DNA from: Caulobacterales bacterium
GTDB lineage: Bacteria; Pseudomonadota; Alphaproteobacteria; Caulobacterales; Aquidulcibacteraceae
Reading direction: 5' to 3'
Assembly (NCBI GenBank): GCA_040510175.1
Contig: JBEVJO010000340.1
Span: 1-38,171 of the forward strand
Length of the DNA stretch: 38,171 bases
A model generated the notes under the pieces. It had not been told where the DNA came from, made no database searches, and saw only the letters and a program-made list of their open reading frames with translations. Positions 9,193 through 18,200 of the stretch are shown in pieces (within the stretch, counting starts at the first letter, position 1; every line of letters begins with the position of its first letter). The position numbers and the translations under genes were made by a program.

Positions 9193-9936
9193 ATGAGCGG
9201 GCATGCCGGGGGGCCAGTCTTGACGCTTAAAATCCTCAACGATGAGGTCCAGCTCTGGGTCTGGCCGCTAAATTCCCGTCGCTACGCCATTGAGGAAATC
9301 GAGGCCACGTTGAGCGACGACGAGAAGGCTCGCGCGGCAAGGTTTGTTTTTGAAAAACATGCCGCGCGGTATCGTGCCGGACGTACCCAGTTGCGCGAAA
9401 TTTTAGCCTCGTATCTGGACGTCGGCCCGAGCGAAATTGCGTTTCAATATGGGGCGAACGGCAAACCGGATTTGGCGCCGGCGCTTAACAGCACGCTTCG
9501 CTTCAATCTGGCGCACTCGGAAGACTTGGCCGCGTTGGCGATCACCCGCGACGTGCAAATCGGCTTGGATATCGAGTATGTTCGCCCGATTGAGGACGGC
9601 GTGGCCCGCCATCATTTTTCCCCCAAAGAATATGCGGATCTGTCTTCATTGCAGAGTGAGGGATGGCGAGACGGTTTCTTCCGCTGTTGGACGCGCAAGG
9701 AAGCGGTTATCAAAGCGCTGGGCGACGGACTATCGCTTCCCCTCGACAGTTTTGACGTGACTCTTCTTCCGACGGAACCGGCCCGATTGGTCCGCAACGC
9801 TTTCGATGCTGCGGCGCCAAGCGAGTGGATGCTTCATCACTTTGAGCCGGCGAAGGGGTGCATGGGCGCCATCGCGGCCAATACTAAGGGTCAAAAGCTG
9901 ACGATTACGCCCATGACGGATTTAGGTCAGCTTTGA
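9193..9936 (+). CDS. Sfp-type 4'-phosphopantetheinyl transferase
   Basis: 247-aa ORF with the three PPTase motifs: GKPDL...RFNLAHSEDLA, IGLDIEYV and FFRCWTRKEAVIKALGDG. Confidence 0.9.
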   Translation: MSGHAGGPVLTLKILNDEVQLWVWPLNSRRYAIEEIEATLSDDEKARAARFVFEKHAARYRAGRTQLREILASYLDVGPSEIAFQYGANGKPDLAPALNSTLRFNLAHSEDLAALAITRDVQIGLDIEYVRPIEDGVARHHFSPKEYADLSSLQSEGWRDGFFRCWTRKEAVIKALGDGLSLPLDSFDVTLLPTEPARLVRNAFDAAAPSEWMLHHFEPAKGCMGAIAANTKGQKLTITPMTDLGQL

Positions 9937-9965
9937 TTGCGAAGAAGTTTGCAAGCACGATCGCC

Positions 9966-10964
9966 TCAGTAGCTGGGTTCTCCGGTCAAGCGTTTTGCGG
10001 TTCGGTAGATTGAAGCAACCGTCTCCGCGCGCTCGAACCCCACGACGCGACTCAATGCCGTCAAATAGGATGGGTCCGTTGGGATAAACTGTCCAAACAT
10101 AGCATCGAGCTGCGACAGCCTTTGACGAAAACGCGGGCGGTCATAGCGGTACAACAACCGCATGTAAGAAGAGCATCTGCGAATAAGAGTAGCGCGATCC
10201 ACGGATGACAACTGGTCAAGAGCCGAAAGGTCTCCGTTCGTAATGCGCAGCAAATGCCCGACAAACTGTTCAGTTAGATCGACCGCGGGCCAACGCGCGC
10301 CCGCGCCGCCGAGCCGCCGTTTTAATTGCTGACGCCAGAAAAAAAGCGGTGCATCGCTCGGAACGATGACTTGCCGTGCGCCTTTTCGCGCGAGCCTCAG
10401 ATAAAAGTCCTGATCCTCGTCCACTCTTAGGGCGGGATCGAATCCGCCGACTTCGACGACCCAGTCTCGTCGAAAGAGGCTTTGTCCCAAAGTCAAAAGG
10501 GGCCCTTTCGCCAGTACCTCCAATTCGGTGGGCTGATCTGGGAAGGTTGAACAGTCAATATCTCTGACTGTGCGGACCACATCGCCATCAATCGCAACTT
10601 CCCGCCAGGGAGAACTGACGCAGGCGACGTCCGGCGCAAGGTCCGCAGCGACGTTGAGCTGAAGCTCAAGCTTTTGCGGCGCTAGGAAATCGTCGGCATC
10701 GAGAAACTGAATCCACTCGGCCTGCGTGGCTTTCCAACCGGCATTGCGCGCAGCAGGAAGGCCGGCATTCGATTGGGAGACGATGGTCCAAGGCCCGTTG
10801 AAATCAGCCAAGGCCTCGCGCGCGACGTTTGCGGTGTCATCTTTCGATCCATCGTCAACGACAATTACCTCAAAATCCGCGAGGGTTTGGGTAGTTACGG
10901 TCCGCAGCGTCGCGCCAATATAGTGCGAGAAATTATAGGCGGGAATGACGACAGCTAGTTTCAT
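9966..10964 (-). CDS. Glycosyltransferase, GT2 family
   Basis: 332-aa ORF. N-terminal GT-A fold signature VVIPAYNFSHYIGATLRTVTTQT..FEVIVVDDGSKDDT and a DxD motif in FLDADDF. Confidence 0.9.
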   Translation of the reverse strand: MKLAVVIPAYNFSHYIGATLRTVTTQTLADFEVIVVDDGSKDDTANVAREALADFNGPWTIVSQSNAGLPAARNAGWKATQAEWIQFLDADDFLAPQKLELQLNVAADLAPDVACVSSPWREVAIDGDVVRTVRDIDCSTFPDQPTELEVLAKGPLLTLGQSLFRRDWVVEVGGFDPALRVDEDQDFYLRLARKGARQVIVPSDAPLFFWRQQLKRRLGGAGARWPAVDLTEQFVGHLLRITNGDLSALDQLSSVDRATLIRRCSSYMRLLYRYDRPRFRQRLSQLDAMFGQFIPTDPSYLTALSRVVGFERAETVASIYRTAKRLTGEPSY

Positions 10965-11223
10965 TTTCGAGTTTCAGGTTTCTGCTGATCCGTTCGCGGC
11001 GGCCGAACGCAGCGTGAAGTTGGGCCGCCGAGCTTGGACAAGACGTAAACCGCCCAGGATGGGATTGGCAATTGCGTCGATTGGTTTACGGACTTGCCGC
11101 TCGTTCAATGTGCAAAGCTCTCCTTTAGCGCGAGTTCGAGGCGCTCCAAGCCTGCGCCGGATTTCGGACGCGTCCGCGCTCGCTTATGGTGCGGGTCGAT
11201 TCGAATCCCTTTTCAGGCGCCCC

Positions 11224-12012
11224 ATGTCTTTGTCTCCCTGGAAGCTGCCCGTTCTGAAGCAATTGCGGCAGTGCGGCTGGCTGAACGAAAAACTGCGGCT
11301 GGGGTTCGGACCGTACTGGGGCATGTTCCCTTCCCGCGGTGAAGCGGAACAGTTTCTCAGGCCCGATCGTCGCGCTTCTCCGGACGATGATGAATTGGCG
11401 GAGATGAACGCCGACATATTTTCAACGGTGCATCCGTTCGATTGGCCGATGCTGTTTTTCCTTGGGCAAATGCAAAAACGTGAGCGTTTAAAAACCATCA
11501 CGGATTTTGGCGGCCATGTTGGCGTCAAGTATCACGCTTACAAAACGCAAATGGCCTTTCCGCCGGATTTCCTCTGGCAGGTGGTCGATATTCCAGCGGT
11601 ATGCAAAGCAGGCCGGCGCCGCCAGGGAGACGACAAGACCAATCTGGTCTATCATGAAAACCTAAAGGACACGGCGCCATGCGATGTTCTGATCTGCTCC
11701 GGCGTTGTGCAGTATTTGGACCACAGTCTCAGCGATGTGATCAAGCGGCTCCCCCAGAGAGCCGGCATGGTTCTTCTCAACAAGGTCGCGGTAACTGAAG
11801 GCCCGGCCTTTTATACGCTCGAATCGCTAGGCTTCGTCCGCGTTCCCTATCTCGTCACGACCATCCCGGCGCTTGATGCGATCCGTGAAGAGCACGGTTA
11901 CAGACTCTTGGCGCGATGGGAAATTCCTGACCGCGTCTTCACAATCGCCCATCAGCGCGGACATCGAAATATGAGGATGATCGGTGAAGCCTGGTCCGCC
12001 GATCCTGTCTGA
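11224..12012 (+). CDS. Putative SAM-dependent methyltransferase-like protein (resembles the TIGR04325-type family from memory)
   Basis: The ORF is open from 10945, but that start overlaps the divergent GT2 start. ATG at 11224 (or 11059) is more plausible. YWGMFPSRGEAEQF followed by a glycine-rich ITDFGGHVGVKY and WQVVDIPAV matches my recollection of that family. The assignment is tentative. Confidence 0.5.
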   Translation: MSLSPWKLPVLKQLRQCGWLNEKLRLGFGPYWGMFPSRGEAEQFLRPDRRASPDDDELAEMNADIFSTVHPFDWPMLFFLGQMQKRERLKTITDFGGHVGVKYHAYKTQMAFPPDFLWQVVDIPAVCKAGRRRQGDDKTNLVYHENLKDTAPCDVLICSGVVQYLDHSLSDVIKRLPQRAGMVLLNKVAVTEGPAFYTLESLGFVRVPYLVTTIPALDAIREEHGYRLLARWEIPDRVFTIAHQRGHRNMRMIGEAWSADPV

Positions 12013-12020
12013 AGTTTTTG

Positions 12021-12953
12021 CTACGCGCCTTGGACGAAACGCTTATGAAGATGGACCGCTTTGCGCCGGATGGGCGTCGCGACCCGCATCGTTGCGCCTT
12101 TGAGTGCGTCCCGCAGCGGTTGAGATCCGGGTTGCGGCGGCTTTAGGCCGGCGGAGCGCAAATAGGAATTGAACGCGTTGACGCGCGCATGTTGACGGCC
12201 CCGCGGCGTTTCAAAGACGAGGGAATACGATACCGATCGTCCTGGCCCCGTCTCCACCCAATGCGGCGAATTTTGGGGCTGATGCAGGCCGAGCCCCGGA
12301 GATAGTTTAAACGTTTCGCGCGCTGAGTCCGGCAGGCGCTCAAGATCGACGTTGCACACCGAGACTTCGCCGCGGGCATAAAATCGCTCGAGCTCCGGCG
12401 CCGGAACCACTGAAGGAGAATAAGTATGAAACTGCTTCTCCCCTTCAACTTGCAGGAAAAAATTGACCTCTGGATCGAAATGCACGGGCGTTATCGCGCG
12501 CGCTGAAGAGATGAAAAGCGCAGCGCGCGCGCGAAACACCGGGCCTTCGATCCCGCACATCGTTCTGATTTCTTCCAGCAGAGAATCTCTCAGCGCCCGA
12601 AAACCCTCGTCGTGGTTTTCCAGAAGTTTGAGCAGAATACGCACGGGTTGCTTCGGCAATCTTACGAGCGCTTCTTTCGGTGTGCACATACCATGCGCGA
12701 CATCGAAAAATGACGTCGAGGCGCTGGGCGCTGGCGTTGAAACAAAATAGTCCCGGCCCTCGGCCGTATACAGGTCGGCGAGGCGCGTGATGTAGTCGTC
12801 GCTAAACAAGTCCAGCTTTGCGAGTTGATGCTCGATTCCAAACGCGGCTTTATCGAACGCGCGCGCGGGAAGGCCCGGCTTTATCACCGCATCCCCTGCG
12901 CTACCGCTAGGGATCGCACGAAGCATCTTCGGCGTCTGCAGGCTATTCAGCAC
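12021..12953 (-). CDS. JmjC/cupin-type Fe(II)/2-oxoglutarate oxygenase-like protein (paralogue B)
   Basis: 310-aa ORF. HxD...H facial-triad candidates in ITPVHFDPEVNFFLQVEGEK and SPHWVETG. It is alignable with the upstream paralogue (YHFDLEPSFLLQVSGQK ... GPHWVQNG). Its start overlaps the upstream stop by 7 nt. Confidence 0.7.
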   Translation of the reverse strand: MLNSLQTPKMLRAIPSGSAGDAVIKPGLPARAFDKAAFGIEHQLAKLDLFSDDYITRLADLYTAEGRDYFVSTPAPSASTSFFDVAHGMCTPKEALVRLPKQPVRILLKLLENHDEGFRALRDSLLEEIRTMCGIEGPVFRARAALFISSARAITPVHFDPEVNFFLQVEGEKQFHTYSPSVVPAPELERFYARGEVSVCNVDLERLPDSARETFKLSPGLGLHQPQNSPHWVETGPGRSVSYSLVFETPRGRQHARVNAFNSYLRSAGLKPPQPGSQPLRDALKGATMRVATPIRRKAVHLHKRFVQGA

Positions 12954-13939
12954 CCGAGCCCCCTATTGTCGCCTACATCAGCGCGGACCGGTTTCCAGAC
13001 GGGATACAGTTCCGCGGGATTGCGCTTTGCCGTGATCGACTGACCGACGCGGCGCACCTGTCGTGCGAGCGACCAGAGTCCGGCTTTCGTGTCGTCTAGC
13101 CATGGTTTGGCGCCGGGGGGCGTCGGCTTGAGCCCGAGCTTACGGAGACGGCTATTGACCGCGTACGCATGTTGCAGCCGCTGATGCGACGACCGCATGT
13201 CGAAATTCACGTTCACGGATATCGAAACGTCAGCTCCGTTCTGAACCCAATGCGGACCGGTGCTTGGAAAGTGCACGCCAAGGCCCGGCGTTAAATCATA
13301 CTGCGCGGCGTCGTGTTGGCGCTCCGGCTTGTAAATCGCGGCGCTGTGTTCGCCCGCGCAATAGGTTTCGAGTTCCTGCTCCGTGGTCAAAGTGCGATCG
13401 CCATTGGGCCACGCGAACACAGTCTTCTGTCCCGACACCTGCAGCAGAAAGCTGGGTTCAAGGTCGAAATGATACGCGGTCTTTCGGTTCGGCGAATTGA
13501 TAAAGATCAGACATTCGCCAATAGACACGTCGTCTCTGAACGACTGTGGTGACGCTTCGAATACTTCCTGCAAGAGATCGCGTAAGACGGGGCCAAATAC
13601 GGCGTCTTGCTCAACATGCTTCAGGACGACGACGCTGTTGGAGGTGCTGATCCCCTCAATCGTTTCGCGCAGTGTTAGCCGCTTTGCCGGCTGCGCGTTC
13701 CAGCCGTCGGTAATATCAATCGTGCCATTCTGCCAATATTTGAAACCATCGTAATCGGGAATGCGCTCGGCCAGAGCAACGAGCCCATCGATCGTACAGA
13801 TCGGCTGTTTCGCGAGATTATGCCGAAAGCCGAAATGCCGCCTGTTGACGCCCAGAAATTGCGGCCGATCGCTTTGTGCAATGAGCGCGGAATCCTGTGC
13901 TGGCTTGTCCGGTCTGCTTTGATTGTCCATGGGAGTCAT
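12947..13939 (-). CDS. JmjC/cupin-type Fe(II)/2-oxoglutarate oxygenase-like protein (paralogue A)
   Basis: The ORF is open to 14107. ATG at 13939 is preceded by GAGGA and lies 16 nt after the upstream stop, so it is preferred. Motifs YHFDLE and GPHWVQNG, then a double-stranded beta-helix-like region. Confidence 0.7.
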   Translation of the reverse strand: MTPMDNQSRPDKPAQDSALIAQSDRPQFLGVNRRHFGFRHNLAKQPICTIDGLVALAERIPDYDGFKYWQNGTIDITDGWNAQPAKRLTLRETIEGISTSNSVVVLKHVEQDAVFGPVLRDLLQEVFEASPQSFRDDVSIGECLIFINSPNRKTAYHFDLEPSFLLQVSGQKTVFAWPNGDRTLTTEQELETYCAGEHSAAIYKPERQHDAAQYDLTPGLGVHFPSTGPHWVQNGADVSISVNVNFDMRSSHQRLQHAYAVNSRLRKLGLKPTPPGAKPWLDDTKAGLWSLARQVRRVGQSITAKRNPAELYPVWKPVRADVGDNRGLGC

Positions 13940-13955
13940 GGCGCCATCCTCGTCT

Positions 13956-15266
13956 TCACTGCACGGATTGAACTGTTTCGTCAGCGCGCACGCCCTTTGG
14001 GAGCATCCCGATCTGCCGGAATCCCTGAACGCCCTCGGTCCTCTCCGGGTCGGGAATTTGCGCCTCTGGAAGGTGGGCGAGATTCCTGTCGAAAAAGCCG
14101 CGAACATAGGTGTGAACGATTTCGCTGACCTTGACCGGGTCGACCCGGAGCCAGCTTTTGTTCAGATGAGGTTCGAAGGCGTCATCACGAAAGTTTTCGT
14201 GGATGGCTTTTCTCACGCGAACGCCCACGCTACCTGGCCGCGCCGCCAATTGTGCATGCATGTCTATATCCCGGTCGTTGATCATGGCCCAATAGCGCAC
14301 GTCCGGGATCGGGGAGGCTAAGTCCTCTCTCGTTGGCATAGTGAAATCGCTGATGATGAACATATAGGGTGCGCTGAAACCACGGCTCAGCGCCTCGCCG
14401 AACAGACTGCCATCGATATTCACCACGGCCACGATGCGCGAATCCATCGTGGCGGCTTCGGACACAGATGATCCTCCAAACGAATACCCCAGCACCCCCA
14501 CGCGATCGAAGTCGATCGCGCCGGCCGGCGACGAACTTCCATCGGCGCCCACACATGAAGCGAGGCGATCCAGGGCGTTGAGCGCTTTTTTGGCTTGGCG
14601 CTGCACACGCTCGTCGCTCAGTGCAATTGTGCGTTCATAGGCCGGTCCAGAGGTAAAATTCCAATCCTCCAGTCGAACGGCTGCGTCGTGAGCGCTCTCG
14701 TTTGGGGGATTATCGTTGGCGATGTCGTCCAGCGCCAAGACCAAATAGCCGTACGACGCCAGCATTCCGAGGAGGCGCGTATTGTCATCCCGCGTGCTTT
14801 TGAGGTGCGGGATATAAAGGATCAATTTCCGCGGCGTGCTGGTCTGGGCGATCGGAAGATTGCGGAGGCATGTCCGGGCTGTTTCCGTCGCCGCGGTCGC
14901 CGCTGACGATCCGCTGGCGGACGGAAACCAAATTTCCGCGCGGATATCTTCGCCGCCCGCCGGATCCAGGGATGGCAGCGCGAGGCTCGCATGCGCCGCC
15001 TTGAACGGTCCTACGGCCATGCGGGTTTGCGACCGGCGCACGGATTCGGCGAGCGCCCATGGCGTCAGCAAGGCACCGGCCAATGCGAATCCGCCGATAA
15101 GAAGCAGCGCGGTGGGCAGGATGCGCGGACCGGGCAAACTCCGGACTGTGAGCGTGGCGAGCAAGATCATCGCCAGCGCAAAGATCGCCGCATAAATCCA
15201 GCCGATCCGTCCGCTTAAGGCCACGAGAATGCTTTCGAGTGCGATGCGCACGCTACCCTGTCCCAC
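13956..15266 (-). CDS. Membrane-tethered alpha/beta-fold serine hydrolase (PAF-acetylhydrolase / lipase-like)
   Basis: 436-aa ORF with a GTG start sharing 1 nt with the TAG stop of the NRPS gene. Two N-terminal TM helices are followed by a basic stretch (ESVRRSQTR). Nucleophile elbow GYSFGGSS. C-terminal KAIHENFRDD resembles the His motif of PAF-AH-type hydrolases. Confidence 0.75.
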   Translation of the reverse strand: MGQGSVRIALESILVALSGRIGWIYAAIFALAMILLATLTVRSLPGPRILPTALLLIGGFALAGALLTPWALAESVRRSQTRMAVGPFKAAHASLALPSLDPAGGEDIRAEIWFPSASGSSAATAATETARTCLRNLPIAQTSTPRKLILYIPHLKSTRDDNTRLLGMLASYGYLVLALDDIANDNPPNESAHDAAVRLEDWNFTSGPAYERTIALSDERVQRQAKKALNALDRLASCVGADGSSSPAGAIDFDRVGVLGYSFGGSSVSEAATMDSRIVAVVNIDGSLFGEALSRGFSAPYMFIISDFTMPTREDLASPIPDVRYWAMINDRDIDMHAQLAARPGSVGVRVRKAIHENFRDDAFEPHLNKSWLRVDPVKVSEIVHTYVRGFFDRNLAHLPEAQIPDPERTEGVQGFRQIGMLPKGVRADETVQSVQ

Positions 15267-18200
15267 TATCTCAGCGCCTTAACGCCGTCGATCGCCTCAA
15301 GCATCGGGCGGAGCGTCTCAGCAATGATGTCCGCGCCCTTGCCGATAAATATCTCCGCATGCCAGCCTGGCGCGCGCGCCACCACCAGTTCGCCGGTGAC
15401 ATGACGCCGCCATCCCAGATCTGGATCAAGGAACTCCGCGCCGACTTCGTCGCTGAGAAAAACCGCGACGTCGCCATCATAGCGGCGGGGAACGTAATGC
15501 CGGCGCGCTTCCTCAAGCATCGGCTGGAACCACAGATTGCTCCACGCTTCTCCGAGATCGCTTTGCTTTAGCCAGCCGAGGCGAATGAGCAGAGGCGTCA
15601 ATCCCGCGCGATTAAAAATTTGATATGAACCAAGAACATAAGAAAGGGAGATTTCACCCTTCGCGACGCGCGCGATGTGGCGTCCCGCCACGCGCAATCT
15701 GTAGATCATGCTGTGCAGGAAACGGCGGCCTCTCGGCGCCGCGCGAAGATAATTTGGCGAGGTCGCGTCGGCTTGGATGATAAGAGGGACATCCTCCCCG
15801 GCGCGACGCAATTGTTGCGCGACTTCCAAAGCGATGGCGCCCGAAACGCAAAGGCCCAACAATATGTAGGGCCCCGATGGCCGCACGCGGCGGATGGCGT
15901 CGACAAAGCTTGATGCGATGGTTTCGAGCGTCTGAAAAGCGAGTTCTCGCGGCTGCTCGGGATCATACATCTGAATCCCGATAAAGGGCCTGTCGACCCC
16001 GATGCGCTGCGCCAAATTGTAATAGATGACGGTATTGTTGATCGCGATGATCGGCGTTTTGTCGCCGAAAGGTTGAATTTCAAAAATCTCCGCGTTCGCC
16101 CCGCCCTCAGGAAGCGGGTCGCTCGCCGGCGCTGTATGCTGCTCACGAGAAGCGATGGGCGAATGCGTCACAGCGTGACGGGCAAAGGCGCGCAGCGTTG
16201 GCTCGCGAAAAAGAACGGCCACATTGGGCGCCCAACCGAGTTGTTTTTTGACGTCCGCCAACATGCGCAAAGCGAGAAGAGAATATCCGCCCAGCTCGAA
16301 AAAATTGTCTTCTGGATTTACGTCCGCCACGCGCAGTAACGACGCCCAGATACCGGCGATCGTTTTCTCGGCGTTCGCGTGTTGCGGTTCAGGCCTTTGG
16401 GCCGGAGATGTCGTTGCCGCCGGCGTCGCCGGCCTTGTCGGCTGGCGATTCGGCCAGGCGATTGCGCCGTCAGCGCTTTTGGGAAGGCGCAGATAAACGC
16501 TTATATCGATCTGTGCGTCGGCGGTCGCGGCGTTGTCCCGAAGCGCATTCAAAAGAGCGTCGGGCAAACGCTCAAGAGAAATGGTCACGTCCGGATGCGG
16601 CGTCACCATCGCCCGATAGAATTCCGCGCCGGTCAGCCCGGGTTGCAGGCGCACAACGACGTCTTCCACCTGTCCGGAAGCGCGCAGGACGTCAGCGATC
16701 AGCGCTGCGGCAGGATCATCCAGCGGGTTTGAAATCTGTGCGGCTGATCGATCGCGTTCCGTGGTGAAAGTCGACAGTCGGACGGCGGGGTCAATAATTG
16801 CGTTTTCGATCACACGCCGCCAAAGGCTGAGAAGCTGCTCAATCGTGGAAGTCGCATACAAAGACGTGTTGTACTCGATATGGAGCCGCCACTCGTCTTG
16901 AACGCCGACGAGCTCGAACGAGAGGTCATAAAGCGCGTCAGTAGAGGTCGCCGGGGCGGCCGCCACAAACTCCAGATCGCCAAAACGCGCGGCTTCCAGG
17001 AAGGTCCGGCGGACAACAACATTGACCGCGATCAAAGGGGTTCGCGACGGGTCGCGTGGAGGTTTCAAGAGTTCGACCAGGTGATCGAATGGCATGTCCT
17101 GATGCGCCAGCGCCGCGGTGACGCGTTCGTTGGCGTCGAAAACGCAATCGGCAAGGGAACCGGTCGCGCTTGGCCGCAGACGCAAAACCAGATTGTTGAT
17201 GAAGACGCCGATCAAGGCCTCTTCGTCCACTTCGCCGCGCGCCGCAGCCTGCGTCCCAATAACGATGTCGTTTTCTCGGGTAAACGCTTGCAGAGCGGCG
17301 CCCACCGTGGCGCATCCGAAAGCGAAGGTCGTAACCCCGAGCGTTTGCGCCGCCGCATCGAGTCTGGCCGCCAAAGCGCCTGAGAGTTTATCGGAGGCAA
17401 TTGCGCTCTGCGTGGTTCGGCTGGCGGCGCGAGGATGATCGGGCGAAACCTCGAAGTAAGGCGCATCGGCAAGGTGACTGAGCCAATAGTCCCGGCTCTC
17501 CTCGAACGCCGCGCTTTTCAGGCGCGCCTGCTGAGCGACTGCAAAATCCGCATACTGCAGATGCAGCGGCGGCAGGTCCGGCGTCCGGCCTTCTCTTAGA
17601 GTGTGCAGCAAACTGCCCAGCTCGGTTGCAAAGACGCGGATCGACCATCCGTCAAATACGCTCTGATGAAAAACGACGATCAGATGACTAATCGAGGCCG
17701 ATGTGCGCACCAGCATAGCGCGCATCAAAGGCGGAACGGTCAGATCAAAGGGGGCCTGTGCAAAGGCGCGCCGCAATTTGTGAATTTCAGTCTGCAGAGC
17801 GTCCGCCGGCAAATGGGAAAGATCAACTCTGTCGAGCTTGAACTCTACAGCGTCGGCAATCTGCTGAGCCGGACCCGTTTCTTGCGCAATGATGCGGGTC
17901 CGCAATATCTCGTGCCGTGAGATGATAATTTTAAGTGCGGTTTCCAGGTGCTTGCTAGCAAGCGGGCCGCGCAGTTCCCATGCGATCGGGATGTTCAGCG
18001 CGGGCGATCCGGGATTTAGCTGATCCAGGAACCAGCATCTAACTTGGGGTGGGGTACAGGGAAACAATGCAGCATCGTCAGCGCGCACGGGTTTTATGTC
18101 GGGATCAAGCGCATGCAGACGCATTTGCGGCGCTTCAACGAAGGACTCGAACGCTGCACGCCAAGCCGCAAGCAAAGTCAGCGCGGTGTCTTCCGAGAAT

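Noticed and set aside
10945-11223. N-terminal 93 codons of the 355-aa ORF (methyltransferase-like gene).
   Set aside because: This start would overlap the divergently transcribed GT2 start codon region, and the extension is Arg/Ala-rich with no features. An internal ATG at 11224 (or 11059) is preferred.
13940-14107. N-terminal 56 codons of the 386-aa JmjC-like ORF.
   Set aside because: The extension overlaps the 3' end of the hydrolase gene. The ATG at 13939 has a GAGGA site and lies just after the upstream stop.
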